Assembly (NCBI GenBank): GCA_963796055.1
Contig: CAWCKH010000003.1
Location: forward strand, 160,001-224,000
Source: an uncultured delta proteobacterium
GTDB taxonomy: Bacteria > Myxococcota > Myxococcia > Myxococcales > Myxococcaceae
Length of the DNA stretch: 64,000 nucleotides
Reading direction: 5' to 3'
Below the pieces are notes generated by a model. The model ran no database searches, was not told where the DNA came from, and was given only the letters and a program-made list of their open reading frames with translations. This document shows positions 1 through 10,705 of this stretch, in pieces (within the stretch, counting starts at the first letter, position 1; every line of letters begins with the position of its first letter). Both the position numbers and the translations under genes were made by a program.

Positions 1-219
1 GAACGCCTCGAGCTGGGTGGCGGTGCCCCGGAAGGCGAGCGTGCTCCGCAGCGAGCGGGTCTCCACCTCCTGGAGGCAGATGAGGTCCGCCAGCGGCGTC
101 AGGCTCGCCAGCCGCTGGGCGATGCGCTCCAGAGACGTGCGGGTGGTGGCCAGTCCCCGGAGCGCGTGCCCGAAGTACCGGACGTTGTAGCTGACGATGC
201 GAAGCGGCCGCTCGGACAT
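1..219 (-). CDS. Endonuclease/exonuclease/phosphatase (EEP) family protein, N-terminal part (runs off window start)
   Basis: Manual translation from ATG at 219: MSERPLRIVSYNVRYFGH...ADLICLQEVE. It carries the SYNV and DLICLQEV motifs of the EEP fold. Not in the ORF track. Confidence 0.85.
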   Translation of the reverse strand, partial: MSERPLRIVSYNVRYFGHALRGLATTRTSLERIAQRLASLTPLADLICLQEVETRSLRSTLAFRGTATQLEAF

Positions 220-270
220 GGCGGGGGTGCGGACCCCAGAATACGCCCGGCGGCGGTAACGTGCGTCGCC

Positions 271-1854
271 ATGGGAATGAAGGATGCAGTCGAGCGGCTC
301 GCCGCGCTGAAGGCCGGGAAGGCCGATATGGGCGGCACCCAGCGGGTCGAGCGGCAGCACGGCCGGGGGAAGCTGGACGCGCGGCAGCGGCTGGCCCTGC
401 TCTTCGACCCGGGCTCGGTGCAGGAGCTGGGGATGCTGGCCGCGGCCGAGGGTCGTCTCCCCTCCGAGGAGGACCCGACGCGGCCCACCGCGGCGGACGG
501 GGTCCTCACCGCCTTCGGGACGGTGGAGGGCCGGCCGGTGGCGGCTGCGGTCTACGACTTCACCGTCCTGGGCGGAAGCATCGGCGAGGTGGGGGAGCGG
601 AAGGTCACCCGGCTCCGCGATCTGGCGTTGAAGGACAGGACGCCCATCGTCTGGCTGGTGGACTCCGGCGGGGCGCGCCTCGAGGCCGGGGGCGAGGTGG
701 ATCCCCGGCGGCTCGCTGGCTTCGCCGACACCGGGTACCTCTTCCGCGAGCAGTCGGTGCTCAGCGGGGTGGTCCCCCAGGTCTCGGCGATGCTCGGGCC
801 CGGCGCCGCGGGCACGGCCTACATCCCCGGTCTGGCGGACTACGTACCGATGGTGAAGGAGATCGGCAGCATGGCGGTGGGTGGGCCGGCGCTGGTGAAG
901 AGCACCGTGGGCGAGGACGTGACCGAGCAGCAGCTCGGCGGGAGCAAGCTGCACAACGAGGTCTCCGGCGTGGCGGACGGGGAGTTCGCCGACGACGCGG
1001 CCTGCATCGCCGCGGTCCGGGAGTACCTCTCGTACTTTCCCTCGCACTGCGGGGAGAGGCCGCCCCGCCGCACCGGGGGCGACCCCGTGGACCGGCGCGA
1101 CGAGTCGCTGCTGAGCATCGTCCCGGACAACCCGCGGCAGGCGTTCGACATGCAGAAGGTGATCCTGGCGATCGCCGATGATCGAAAGTTCTTCCCCTTG
1201 AAGCCCAGGTTCGCCCGGAACGTCATCACCGGGCTGTGCCGCATCGACGGCTGGAGCGTGGGGGTGGTGGCGAGCAACTCGATGTTCCTGGGTGGGGTGC
1301 TGGACGTGGCGGCGTCGGACAAGGCGGCCCGCTTCGTCGCGCTCTGCGACGCGTTCCGGATTCCCCTGCTCTTCCTGCAGGACGTGCCCGGGTTCCTGGT
1401 GGGGACCAAGGCGGAGCAGACCGGCCTCATCCGTCACGGCGCGCGGATGCTCCAGCTGGTCTCGAATGCCACGGTTCCCAAGCTCACCGTCGTCGTCCGC
1501 AAGGGCTTCGGCGCGGGCTACTACGTGATGAACGGACGGGCGTACGAGCCGGACCTGCTCGTCGCCTGGCCCGACGCGGAGATCGGCATCATGGGCGCCG
1601 AGGGGCTGGTGTCGATCGGCGCGAAGAAGATGCTCGAGCAGGCCGAGAGTCCCGAGGCGGCGAAGGCGATGAAGGACACGCTCGCCGCGGAGCTGCGCCC
1701 GCATGTGCACATCGACCGGGCGGCCGCGCTGGGGATGGTGGACGACGTCATCGACCCGCGCGACACCCGGAGGACCCTGGCGATGGCCCTGGCACGGACG
1801 GCGAACAAGCACGTCGAGCGCCCCTGGAGGCGGCGGGAGGTGCCGCCGTTCTGA
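271..1854 (+). CDS. Acyl-CoA carboxylase carboxyltransferase (beta) subunit, PccB/MccB-like
   Basis: Motifs ERQHGRGKLDARQRL, DFTVLGGSIG, DSGGARL, DVPGFLVG, DDVIDPRDTR. ATG at 271 preferred over GTG at 166. Confidence 0.92.
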   Translation: MGMKDAVERLAALKAGKADMGGTQRVERQHGRGKLDARQRLALLFDPGSVQELGMLAAAEGRLPSEEDPTRPTAADGVLTAFGTVEGRPVAAAVYDFTVLGGSIGEVGERKVTRLRDLALKDRTPIVWLVDSGGARLEAGGEVDPRRLAGFADTGYLFREQSVLSGVVPQVSAMLGPGAAGTAYIPGLADYVPMVKEIGSMAVGGPALVKSTVGEDVTEQQLGGSKLHNEVSGVADGEFADDAACIAAVREYLSYFPSHCGERPPRRTGGDPVDRRDESLLSIVPDNPRQAFDMQKVILAIADDRKFFPLKPRFARNVITGLCRIDGWSVGVVASNSMFLGGVLDVAASDKAARFVALCDAFRIPLLFLQDVPGFLVGTKAEQTGLIRHGARMLQLVSNATVPKLTVVVRKGFGAGYYVMNGRAYEPDLLVAWPDAEIGIMGAEGLVSIGAKKMLEQAESPEAAKAMKDTLAAELRPHVHIDRAAALGMVDDVIDPRDTRRTLAMALARTANKHVERPWRRREVPPF

Positions 1855-1867
1855 GCCTCAGGGGCGG

Positions 1868-2341
1868 TCAGTCGAGCGCATCGTCCGCCGTGGCGTCCTC
1901 GACCTCGGTCAGGAAGTACTCGCCGAAGCTGTCGGCGAGCTTCACCGGGTCCTCGAAGTCGGCCGAGAGCTGCACCACCGGTGCCTCTGCTGCTGCGTCC
2001 AGGTGGGCCGTGTCGAGGCAGTCGAACGAGCCGTCTCCGAGCGCGCCGATGATCACGTACCGCGGGGCGAGGCCACCGCTGCGGCGCGCCTCGAGCGTCA
2101 TCCAGATCGCATCGGGAACCGCCGAGTGGGTGAAGTCCTCGTCGACCACGCCGTACACCTCGAAGCCGGCGATGCTTCCGCAGCCCAGGTCGAGCAGGAA
2201 CTGCCGGTAGCTGGGGGGGAAGACGAGTCCGAGCGCGGCTTCCGCCCTGGCGACGAGCGGCTCCGGCTTCGGACCCTCGAAGTCACCGCCGCCGGCCTCG
2301 GCGATCAGCTCCCGGGCCCTTCGGTACTTCTCCAGGCTCAT
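1868..2341 (-). CDS. SMI1/KNR4 (SUKH) family protein
   Basis: AEAALGLVFPPSYRQFLLDLGCG...LGDGSFDCLD...LADSFGEYF pattern. Confidence 0.85.
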   Translation of the reverse strand: MSLEKYRRARELIAEAGGGDFEGPKPEPLVARAEAALGLVFPPSYRQFLLDLGCGSIAGFEVYGVVDEDFTHSAVPDAIWMTLEARRSGGLAPRYVIIGALGDGSFDCLDTAHLDAAAEAPVVQLSADFEDPVKLADSFGEYFLTEVEDATADDALD

Positions 2342-2623
2342 TCGCGACAGCGTAGCCGCCGGAGAACGCTCCCGTCCGCTTCCGGGATACCAGGTTTCGC
2401 AGATGGCGAGCGCGAGGCACCACCTCTGCCCACCAGGAACCGGGTATTTGCTGGCACGTACCTTGAAGAGTGACCCCTCCGTGTTCGGACTCTCGCCTCT
2501 CCGCTCCGCCGTCCGCCCGCTGCCCGCCCGGCCGGGCTTCTCGGTGCGATGCTCCTGCCTGGCGCTCCTCGTCCCTGCGCGCCGCGCGTAGTCCCTGGCA
2601 CCCCCGTCGTGCCCGTACCGCGC

Positions 2624-4090
2624 TCAGTGGTGCGCACGCGCTGCGAGGATCAGTTCCATCCGGCGCTCGTAGAGCTTGCGCTCGAGCCCCACCGGGTAGC
2701 GGTGTGGGTTCAGGAACCGCTTGACTCCCTCGTGGAACAGGTCGAGCTGGGCACGCACCCGGGCGCGAATGGCATCGAGCGAGACGGGCGCCACGGCGCG
2801 CCGCCCTCCCCTCGCTGCCGGGACCAGGAGCTCGCTCGAGCCAAGGGCCTCCGGCAGGGTGCGACGCCGGGTGGGGTCCATGGGATCGACGATGGTGCGG
2901 CTCGGCACGCCGAGCTCCTGGTCCCAGATCATGTCCGCGACTGCGCCCTGGCTGTCGACGAACCGGCGGATCTGGAGCCGGCCCGGGGTGGAGATCTTCG
3001 CCGCCTGCTCGGAGAGCTTGATGCGGGGCTTCCAGGGACCTCCGGGCTCGCGAACCATGGAGAGCTTGAAGATGCCGCCCAGCGCCCGGTCGTCGCGGGC
3101 GGTGACCAGCCGGGTGCCGACGCCCCAGACACCGATGGCCGCTCCCTGCTGCTTCAGACTCTGGATGAGGTGCTCGTCGAGCTCGTTACTGGCGTAGACG
3201 CGAGCCTCCGGGAAGCCCCCCTCGTCGAGCATCCGGCGCGCCTGGGTGCTGAGCCAGGCGAGATCCCCCGAGTCGATGCGCACGCCCAGAAAGGGCTTGC
3301 CGCGGGCCCGGAGCCAATCGGCCACGGCGATGGCGTGGCGCACACCCTCCAGCGTGTCGTAGGTATCCACCAGGAAGACGCAGTTGCCGGGCATGGACCG
3401 GGCGAAGGTCTCGAAGGCCTCCTGCTCGCCGTCGAAGAGCATCACCCAGCTGTGGGCGTGCGTCCCCCCCACCGGAATGCCCAGGAGCCGCCCGGCGAGC
3501 ACGTTGGACGTCGCAGCGCAGCCTCCGATGTACGCCGCCCGGGACGCCGAGATGCCGCCGTCCGGTCCCTGCGCGCGACGGAGCCCGAACTCCAGCACCG
3601 GATCGTCTCCTGCGGCGAGACACACGCGTGCCGCCTTCGTCGCCACCAGGGTCTGGAAGTTGATCAGGTTGAGGAGCGGTGTCTCCAGGAGCATGCAGGG
3701 GACGATCGGGCCGGTGACGGAGACCAGCGGCTCCTGGGGGAAGACCACCGTCCCCTCGGGGACCGCGTCGACGTCGACGTCGAGGTGAACGCCGGAGAGG
3801 TACCGGAGGAACTCGTCACCGAAGAGGGGCACGCCGTCGGCACCGCGCAGGGTCGCCAGGTACTCGATGTCGCCCTGCTCGAACCGGGCGCTCTCCAGCA
3901 GCTCGAGCGCTGGCTCGAGGCCCGCGGCGACGGTGAAGCCACTCCCGAACGGTGCCTCGCGAAAGACGAGGTGAAACAGGGCCTCGCGCCGGGCCACCCC
4001 CGAGTCCCAGGCCGCGGCGGCCATCGTCAGCTGATAGAGGTCCGTCAGGAGCATCAACGACGGCCGGTACAGCTCGGTCAGCAGCGGCAT
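2624..4090 (-). CDS. pncB: Nicotinate phosphoribosyltransferase
   Basis: LLTDLYQLTM, EFGLRRAQG, GTHAHSWV, LVDTYDT, VRIDSGD motifs. Start placed at ATG 4090. Confidence 0.95.
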   Translation of the reverse strand: MPLLTELYRPSLMLLTDLYQLTMAAAAWDSGVARREALFHLVFREAPFGSGFTVAAGLEPALELLESARFEQGDIEYLATLRGADGVPLFGDEFLRYLSGVHLDVDVDAVPEGTVVFPQEPLVSVTGPIVPCMLLETPLLNLINFQTLVATKAARVCLAAGDDPVLEFGLRRAQGPDGGISASRAAYIGGCAATSNVLAGRLLGIPVGGTHAHSWVMLFDGEQEAFETFARSMPGNCVFLVDTYDTLEGVRHAIAVADWLRARGKPFLGVRIDSGDLAWLSTQARRMLDEGGFPEARVYASNELDEHLIQSLKQQGAAIGVWGVGTRLVTARDDRALGGIFKLSMVREPGGPWKPRIKLSEQAAKISTPGRLQIRRFVDSQGAVADMIWDQELGVPSRTIVDPMDPTRRRTLPEALGSSELLVPAARGGRRAVAPVSLDAIRARVRAQLDLFHEGVKRFLNPHRYPVGLERKLYERRMELILAARAHH

Positions 4091-4135
4091 CCCCTGGGTC
4101 CCCAGTTCTCGAGACCAGGGGTATACCGGCCGGGG

Positions 4136-4732
4136 ATGCAGGACGAGGGCACCCAGGAAGCGCTTCGCCAGGCAGTGGACGCCCTGAAGCGGACCGGGCT
4201 GCTGTTCCTCCACGACGCGCGGAGGCCGAGCCTGACCGCCCTGGTGGCCGGAGCGCCCATCCGCGGGTCCTGGTGGGGTCACCCCGCTGGCCGGCGCATC
4301 TTCCAGGTGGCGAATGCGCTGGAGGAGCGCGGCACGGCACTCTTCGTTCCACTGCTCTCGGCGAAGGTGACGCTGGTGCACCCCCGCCTCTGGCCCGCCT
4401 TGCTGAGCGTCGGGGAGGCCCGCGCACCCTGGCAGATGGAGCCGCTTACCCCGCGCGGACGGGAGCTTCTCGACGAGGTCGACCGAGCGGCACACGTCCG
4501 GGCGACCGGTCCGAGCTCGAAGGCGCTCGCGCGCGCATTGCTGGTGCACGCCGAGCAGGTGCACACGGCGGGCGGTTCGCACGCCACCGAGCTCGTGTCG
4601 TGGGCCGAGGTTCGACGCCGCCTGGTGATCGAGGCCCAGCCTGACGCGGCGGAGGGCCGCGCGGCACTCGAGGCAGCCGCGGATCAGCTCGGTGCGATCG
4701 GGGCGCTCCCCTGGAAGCGCCCGGCGAGGTGA
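4136..4732 (+). CDS. Conserved hypothetical protein (GSWWGHP motif; possibly winged-helix/AlkZ-related)
   Basis: C-terminal part of ORF 2549..4732 from ATG 4136, with protein-like composition (PSLTALVAGAPIRGSWWGHP...KVTLVHPRLWP). Family call is tentative. Confidence 0.6.
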   Translation: MQDEGTQEALRQAVDALKRTGLLFLHDARRPSLTALVAGAPIRGSWWGHPAGRRIFQVANALEERGTALFVPLLSAKVTLVHPRLWPALLSVGEARAPWQMEPLTPRGRELLDEVDRAAHVRATGPSSKALARALLVHAEQVHTAGGSHATELVSWAEVRRRLVIEAQPDAAEGRAALEAAADQLGAIGALPWKRPAR

Positions 4733-4867
4733 CGTTCGGCGGAGGACACCACGGTGTCACTCGGCGCGTTGACACGCTCCCTGCCCGCGACCCCTCCGGA
4801 CCGCGAGATCGTCTCGGGATGTGGAATGCAATCGGGCGTCATCGGCCGGTGCTTCGCACTCCGTCGT

Positions 4868-5698
4868 TCACCCGAGCCGCAGCACCTCGCGGGCCTGCTC
4901 CGGGGTGGCGATCTCCCGGCCCTTCGCCCGGGCGCGCTTCGCTGCCTCGGCGACCAGCTCCCAGTTGCCCTTCGCCAGGACGCCCTTGCTCAGGTAGACG
5001 TTGTCCTCGAGCCCGACCCGCCCGTTGCCGCCCTTCGCCGCGCCGAGCTCGGCCATCGGGAGCTGGTGCCGCCCCACCCCGGCGACCGTCCAGGTGCTCC
5101 CCGCAGGCAGCGAGCCGATCATGAAGTCCAGCGCCCGCTCCGAGGCGCCGAGCGATCCAGGGACTCCGAGCACGAAGTCGTAGTGCGCCGGCAGGTCGAC
5201 CAGCCCCTCCTTCGCCAGCCACTCGGCCTGCTCGATCATCCCGGTGTCGAAGCACTCGATCTCCGGGCGAATGCCGAGCGCGCGGATGCGCCGGGCGATC
5301 TCCTTCACCAGGGGGCGGGGGTTGCTGAACACATCGTCACCGAAGTTCACCGTGCCGGTGGTGAGGGTCGCCATGTCCGGCCGGTCGGCACCGGTCAGGG
5401 TGAGCGGTCCGCAGCGCTCGTCGGCGGTCATTCCCACCGCGCCCCCGGTGGAGGTCTGGATCAGTACGTCGCAGCGCGCGCGGATGGCGCGGATGGCGGC
5501 GCGGAAGAGCTCGGCGTCCTGCGAGGGCGAGCCGTCGGGACGTCGAACATGCAGATGGACCATCGCCGCGCCCGCCTCGCGGCAGCGGGCGGCGTCCTCG
5601 GCGATCTCCTCGGCGGTGAGAGGCAGATACGGCGTCTGCTCGCGCGTGGTTTCCGCCCCGACCATCGCCGCGGTGATGACGTACGGGGCAGCGCTCAT
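4868..5698 (-). CDS. kce: 3-keto-5-aminohexanoate cleavage enzyme (BKACE/DUF849)
   Basis: [24 protein letters not shown] motifs; last gene of the kamDE-kal operon. Confidence 0.92.
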   Translation of the reverse strand: MSAAPYVITAAMVGAETTREQTPYLPLTAEEIAEDAARCREAGAAMVHLHVRRPDGSPSQDAELFRAAIRAIRARCDVLIQTSTGGAVGMTADERCGPLTLTGADRPDMATLTTGTVNFGDDVFSNPRPLVKEIARRIRALGIRPEIECFDTGMIEQAEWLAKEGLVDLPAHYDFVLGVPGSLGASERALDFMIGSLPAGSTWTVAGVGRHQLPMAELGAAKGGNGRVGLEDNVYLSKGVLAKGNWELVAEAAKRARAKGREIATPEQAREVLRLG

Positions 5699-6087
5699 CG
5701 CTTCCCCCGCTGCTTGTCGAGCGGCACCACGCACGTCCCGGTCGCCCGGCAGACGACCATGGGCTGGGGCAGCACCTCGGCCGCCGACGCGGAGACGTCG
5801 GGCAGCGGTCGGATGACCTTCCGCGCCTCGAACCGCATCTTCCGACTCGTCCGACCCACCTCGGTGATCTCTCCTTCAACCTCGATGAAGTCACCGGCGT
5901 ACACCGGGGCGAGGAAGTCGACCGAGTCGTAGGCCCGGAACAGGCCCTCGTCGCCGTCGTGGAGGATGCACAGCTCGGTCGCCACGTCGCCGAAGAGGCC
6001 GAGCATCCGCGCGCCGTCCACCAGGTTTCCCCCGTAGTGGGCGTCGTGACTGGACATCCGCAGCCGGAGCACCGAACGCACGCTCAT
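5695..6087 (-). CDS. kal: 3-aminobutyryl-CoA ammonia-lyase (hot-dog fold)
   Basis: [30 protein letters not shown]...DGDEGLF signature; 4-bp overlaps with both neighbours. Confidence 0.92.
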   Translation of the reverse strand: MSVRSVLRLRMSSHDAHYGGNLVDGARMLGLFGDVATELCILHDGDEGLFRAYDSVDFLAPVYAGDFIEVEGEITEVGRTSRKMRFEARKVIRPLPDVSASAAEVLPQPMVVCRATGTCVVPLDKQRGKR

Positions 6088-6866
6088 TCCGGTTCTCCCT
6101 CGTAGTGCAGGTCCTCGGGCTCCTTGCCCATCTTTTTCAGCAGCGCGTGGACGATGTAGTTCGCCACGTCCGAGGGCCTGGTCCCGGGACCGAACCCTGC
6201 ATCGAACCCCAGCTCCATCGCCAGCTTGTGGTCCACCCGCGGCCCGCCGAGCAGGAGGATGGTCCTTCCCTTCAGCCCGTGCGCCTTGGCCACGTCGATG
6301 AACTGCCGGCTGTTGTCCTTGTGGACGTCGCGCTGGGTCACCACCTGGGAGACGAGGATCGCATCGGCCTTCCTCTCCTCGGCACGCCGGATCAGCTCCT
6401 CGTTCGGCACCTGGCTCCCCAGGTTGTAGGCCTCGAACCACGGGTACCGCTCGAGCCCGTAGTCGCCGGCGAAGCCCTTCATGTTCAGGATCGCGTCGAT
6501 TCCCACGGTGTGGGTGTCGGTCCCGGTGCAGGCGCCCAGCACCACCACCCGACGGGATATGCGGTCCTCGATGAGCTTGTTCAGCTCGTCGAACCCCAGC
6601 TTCTTGAAGACGACCTCCGGGACGTCGATGCTCGCGTAGTCGAGCGAGACGTCGGCGCGGCCGTAGACCACGAAGAAGGTGTAGTTGTCCGCTGCCGGCT
6701 CGGCAGCCGCCACCTTCACGTCGAGCAGCCCCAGCTTGGCGCAGAACTGGCGCGCGGCCTCCTTCGCCTTGTCCGAGAGCGGGACAGGAAGGGTGAACGA
6801 GAGCTGGATGACCCCGTCGTCCCGCCGGTCGCCGTAGGCCCGGATGAGGTTCGATTCGCCGGCCAT
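6084..6866 (-). CDS. kamE: Lysine 5,6-aminomutase beta subunit (B12/PLP-binding)
   Basis: [32 protein letters not shown] (DxHxxG cobalamin motif plus PLP lysine); SQVVTQ. Confidence 0.95.
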   Translation of the reverse strand: MAGESNLIRAYGDRRDDGVIQLSFTLPVPLSDKAKEAARQFCAKLGLLDVKVAAAEPAADNYTFFVVYGRADVSLDYASIDVPEVVFKKLGFDELNKLIEDRISRRVVVLGACTGTDTHTVGIDAILNMKGFAGDYGLERYPWFEAYNLGSQVPNEELIRRAEERKADAILVSQVVTQRDVHKDNSRQFIDVAKAHGLKGRTILLLGGPRVDHKLAMELGFDAGFGPGTRPSDVANYIVHALLKKMGKEPEDLHYEGEPE

Positions 6867-8416
6867 CAGCGCCCCTCCAGGATGTCGAGGAAGGGGTTGA
6901 AGTAGTCCGGCGCCTTCTCCAGCACCCCTTCCAGCCCCTTGCCGCCGGTCTCGGTCCGCTTCACGTCGCCGAACCGGCCCTGGCCGATGGCGGTGACCAG
7001 CCCGTCCTGTCGGCACTCCTCGAGCAGCTCCATCGCCTTGCCGAAGACGAAGCGGGCCCGGTTGGCGATCTTCCCGTCCTCGCGCACCACGAACTCCTCG
7101 TCGATGCCGCGGGCCGCGCGGTAGATGTACCCAGCGGACTTGAGCGCCACGTAGCGGTCGGCGAGGAGCGGAGTGTGCATTGCCTCGGTCATCATCCCCA
7201 GCAGCTGGATGCCCTGCCGCGTCCAGACTGCCACCAGGTCCGCCATCACGTCGTAGGCGTGGCTGAAGAAGATGTCCGTCTCCTTGTGCTTGGTCGGCGG
7301 CATGTACTTCAGCGGCGCGTCCGGGAAGCAACGGCGGATGAGCATCGCCTGGCTCAGCTCGAGCAGCAGTGTCTCCGGGCGATGCGGGTCGATCTCGTAG
7401 CTGTGGCCCATGCCCAGCTGCCAATCTTGGAGCCCGGCCCGCTTGGCGAAGGCCTCGTTGATGAACTGGCTGGCGAGGACGGTGTGCGCCGCGTCGTAGG
7501 CGTCGGCGGTGGTGATGTAGTTGTCCTCGCCGGTGTTGATGATGATCCCGGCCAGGGCACAGATGCGCCGGCTGAAGTACTGGTCGATGAACGTCCGGCG
7601 CATGTTGATGTCGCGGAAGAGGATTCCGTACATCGCGTCGTTGAGGAGCATGTCCAGCCGCTCCCAGGCCGCGGCGAAGGCGATCTCCGCCATGCACAGG
7701 CCCGAGGAGTAGTTGGTGAGCTGGATGTAGCGCTTCAGACGGCGGGACTCGGCATCGAGCGCCTCCCGCATGATCCGGAAGTTCTCCTGGGTGGCGTAGG
7801 TCCCGCCGTAGCCCTCGGTGGTCGCCCCGTGCGGCACGTAGTCCAGGAGCGACTGCGCGGTGCTCCGGATGACGGCGATGATGTCCGCCCCGGCCTGGGC
7901 CGCGGCGCGGGCCTGGTCGACGTCGTCGTGGATGTTCCCGGTGGCGACGATGACGTAGCGGTGCGGCACCGGGGACATGGGGAACTCGCGACGGAGCGCG
8001 TCGCGCTCGTCGATGCGCCGGCGGAGCTCGTCCACTGCCGCCTCCGCCTCGCGGCGGACCTCGGCGCGGAGGTTCCCCTCCTTCTCCGGAGAGAGGGGCG
8101 CCAGCTTGCCCGCCGGCAGCGCGGCGATGCGTTCCACGGCGTCGAGGGGGCTTGCCGCCCCGAGCTGGAGGGCGCGGCCGTACCAGTACGCAGCCCCACG
8201 GTTGAGCACCCCGGCCGCCTTCAGCCGGTCGGTCATCAGATTCGTCAGCGGGATGCCGCCCGGGCCGGCGTCGGACATCCCGAACAGGCGGAGCACCGTA
8301 CGCTCCACCGAGATGGTGGTGTGCCGGCGGATGAGATCGAACACCGGCTCGATGACCTGTGACGCGATGCCGCGGGCCTGGGCGACCTGGGCGTCGTCGA
8401 CGAAGGGTCCTGGCAT
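6866..8416 (-). CDS. kamD: Lysine 5,6-aminomutase alpha subunit
   Basis: [60 protein letters not shown]. Confidence 0.95.
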   Translation of the reverse strand: MPGPFVDDAQVAQARGIASQVIEPVFDLIRRHTTISVERTVLRLFGMSDAGPGGIPLTNLMTDRLKAAGVLNRGAAYWYGRALQLGAASPLDAVERIAALPAGKLAPLSPEKEGNLRAEVRREAEAAVDELRRRIDERDALRREFPMSPVPHRYVIVATGNIHDDVDQARAAAQAGADIIAVIRSTAQSLLDYVPHGATTEGYGGTYATQENFRIMREALDAESRRLKRYIQLTNYSSGLCMAEIAFAAAWERLDMLLNDAMYGILFRDINMRRTFIDQYFSRRICALAGIIINTGEDNYITTADAYDAAHTVLASQFINEAFAKRAGLQDWQLGMGHSYEIDPHRPETLLLELSQAMLIRRCFPDAPLKYMPPTKHKETDIFFSHAYDVMADLVAVWTRQGIQLLGMMTEAMHTPLLADRYVALKSAGYIYRAARGIDEEFVVREDGKIANRARFVFGKAMELLEECRQDGLVTAIGQGRFGDVKRTETGGKGLEGVLEKAPDYFNPFLDILEGR

Positions 8417-8521
8417 GGGGGCACCCGTAACCCAGCAGACCGAGCCGGGGCAAATGTAGTCAAGCGCCGACAGCGGTCGGCGAGGACCCTCGTTTGTTAG
8501 GTCGGCCGGGGGGGCGAGACT

Positions 8522-9022
8522 GTGGAGGTCATGAGCTTCGAGGAGTGCTTGCGCGAGCACGGCCCGGCGGTCTGGCGGGTGATCGCCAGCTACGCGCCGC
8601 GCGGCCCCGAGCGAGACGACCTCGCCCAGGACGTCCTGGTCGCCCTCTGGCAGGCCCTTCCCCGGTTTCGCGGCGAGAGCTCGGCGAAGACGTTCCTCCT
8701 GCGCATCGCCCACAACCGCTGCCTCTCACACGTCTGGCAGCGCGCGCGGCGACGCCCGGCCTCCGCCGCCAACCTGATCGAGCTTCCGGATCCCCGCCCG
8801 GGAATCGACGAGCAGATCGCGGCACAGGAGCGCATTGAGCGCTTCCTCGGCCATCTCCGCACGCTTCCGCTCGGCCAGCGGCAGGTCCTGACGCTCGCGC
8901 TGGAGGGGCTTTCCCACGCCGAGATCGCCGCCCTGGTCGGAATCACCCCGGAGAACGTCGCGGTACGCCTCGGACGGGCCCGGGACGCTCTGCGCCGCTC
9001 CCTGGAGAAGGAGGCCGCGTGA
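8522..9022 (+). CDS. ECF RNA polymerase sigma-70 factor
   Basis: DDLAQDV...W...FRGESSAKTFLLRIAHN (region 2); LEGLSHAEIAALVGIT..NVAVRLGRAR (region 4). Confidence 0.92.
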   Translation: MEVMSFEECLREHGPAVWRVIASYAPRGPERDDLAQDVLVALWQALPRFRGESSAKTFLLRIAHNRCLSHVWQRARRRPASAANLIELPDPRPGIDEQIAAQERIERFLGHLRTLPLGQRQVLTLALEGLSHAEIAALVGITPENVAVRLGRARDALRRSLEKEAA

Positions 9023-9585
9023 CTGGATGGGATTCCTGGCAATCCACCTGGACCGGAGCGTCCGGTCCGCTCCCCGACGTCCGGGCCCGCGCCGCGCGCG
9101 AAGCGTGGCGACATCGGCGAGCTCGCGTCACCGTCTACGTCCTCGTCGCGGTCGCCGCACTGGGGTCGGTGCCCGCGTTCGCCGCCCCGGAGGGGGTGGT
9201 CCACCTCATCGGGTGGGGGATCCTGGCGTTCTCCCTGGCGATGGGGATCGGCTTCGCCGTCATCGAGCGGGGCGTCGGCTCCTGGCGCTTCGCCACCCCG
9301 CGCGAGGCACTCGGGTTCCTGGAGCGCCGTCTCGGCAGCGAGCTCCGCGTGGCTCATCTGGCCCGCTGGGTTTACCTCGCCCTGTGCCTGTTCGGCGGCA
9401 TCGCCACCCAGGTCCTGTACGTGGAGCACGGATCTCCCCTGTCCGTGCGGGTCATGACCCTGGGCTGCTTTCTCTTTGGTGTCGCGCTGACCTTTTCCGC
9501 GCCCTGGTGGTTCGGGTGGATCGCCCGGCGCCGGCAAGCCGAGCTCGACCGGTGGCGGCGCTGGATGGACGAGCAGAGTCTCTGA
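9019..9585 (+). CDS. Multi-pass membrane protein, putative anti-sigma factor
   Basis: GTGA overlap with the ECF sigma stop; short W-rich N-terminus and about 4 hydrophobic helices. Confidence 0.7.
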   Translation: MTGWDSWQSTWTGASGPLPDVRARAAREAWRHRRARVTVYVLVAVAALGSVPAFAAPEGVVHLIGWGILAFSLAMGIGFAVIERGVGSWRFATPREALGFLERRLGSELRVAHLARWVYLALCLFGGIATQVLYVEHGSPLSVRVMTLGCFLFGVALTFSAPWWFGWIARRRQAELDRWRRWMDEQSL

Positions 9586-9607
9586 GCATCGGCCATCGCT
9601 GCCGGAG

Positions 9608-10639
9608 TCACAGGTAACGCGCGGCGAAGAATTCGCGGAGCCGCCGGTCGCTGCGCAGCAGGTCGAGGGTGAGGTCCGCGTGGCCCGGCACATAGCCGTT
9701 GCCGATGAGCATCGTCAGGTCCTTGCCGACACCCTCGGCCCCGAGCGCTGCCGCGGTGAACGACGTGGCCATGGAGAAGAAGATGGCCGTTCCACCCTCC
9801 CTGGTGGACAGGACCGTGGCCATCTCGGTCCCGGGCACCGAGGCGCAGTTGATGACCAGGTCGCACAGCGCTCCGCCCGTGGCCTTCCGGACCGCCTCGA
9901 GCACGTCCACGGCGCGCGTGGCGTCCACCCGCAGGCTGACGTCGGACACGCCGAGCTCCGCCAGCGCCGCGAGCGCCTTCTCCGAGATGTCGAGCGCAAG
10001 CAGCTGACCCTTGCCGCCCGTGCTCCTTCGCGCCTGGGCCAGGCACAGTGCCCCGCTCTTCCCTGCCCCGAGCACTGCGATCCGCATCCCGGGACGCGCG
10101 TACCGGGCCACCAGCGCGGGCGCGCCGCAGACGTCGAGCGCGGCGAGGACCAGCGTTTCCGGCATGTCGTCGGGAACGCGCGCCCAGATGCCGCTGGCGA
10201 AGAGAATCGCGTGGCCGCGGACGTCGACCCGGTCCACCTCCATCCGGACCGCGCGGACCTCGTCGATCACCAGCGGCGTGAGCGACAGGCTGACCAGGGT
10301 CGCGATGCGCTCGCCGGGCCGGACCTTGCCCTGCGCCGGGTGCTCCGGGCCGACCTCGCGCACGCGGCCGAGCAGCATGCCGCCCGAGCCGGTGACGGGA
10401 TTCTGCATCTTGCCCCGGGCCTGGACGATCTCCTGGATGCGCGCGACCACTGCCTCGGGCGCGCCGTTGCACGCCTCGCGGATCTGCTTGAATGACGCAG
10501 CGTCGACGTTCAGGCTCTCCACGTCGATCAGCATCTCGGAGGGGCGCATCGGGAGCGACGGATCGAGCAGCCCGGCACGCTGCGGAAGCACGCCCGGCTC
10601 GCCGACCACCCGACCCAGTCCGTAGGGATCGCTCGTCAC
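9608..10639 (-). CDS. kdd: L-erythro-3,5-diaminohexanoate dehydrogenase
   Basis: LNVDAASF, RGKMQNPVTGSGGML, TLVSLSLTPL, FFSMATSF, IGNGY. Confidence 0.95.
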   Translation of the reverse strand: MTSDPYGLGRVVGEPGVLPQRAGLLDPSLPMRPSEMLIDVESLNVDAASFKQIREACNGAPEAVVARIQEIVQARGKMQNPVTGSGGMLLGRVREVGPEHPAQGKVRPGERIATLVSLSLTPLVIDEVRAVRMEVDRVDVRGHAILFASGIWARVPDDMPETLVLAALDVCGAPALVARYARPGMRIAVLGAGKSGALCLAQARRSTGGKGQLLALDISEKALAALAELGVSDVSLRVDATRAVDVLEAVRKATGGALCDLVINCASVPGTEMATVLSTREGGTAIFFSMATSFTAAALGAEGVGKDLTMLIGNGYVPGHADLTLDLLRSDRRLREFFAARYL

Positions 10640-10705
10640 CAGCGCGCGGCTAGCACGACCCGACCTCGCCCGTCACCTCTCCATCGTGGCCACCGCCGGG
10701 AGGTA

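Noticed and set aside
2338..2637. 99-aa ORF as cognate toxin of the SMI1 protein
   Set aside because: Low-complexity R/G/P sequence with no nuclease motif; likely non-coding.
8417..8521. Cobalamin or lysine riboswitch upstream of kamD
   Set aside because: The interval is too short and lacks B12-box or L-box motifs.
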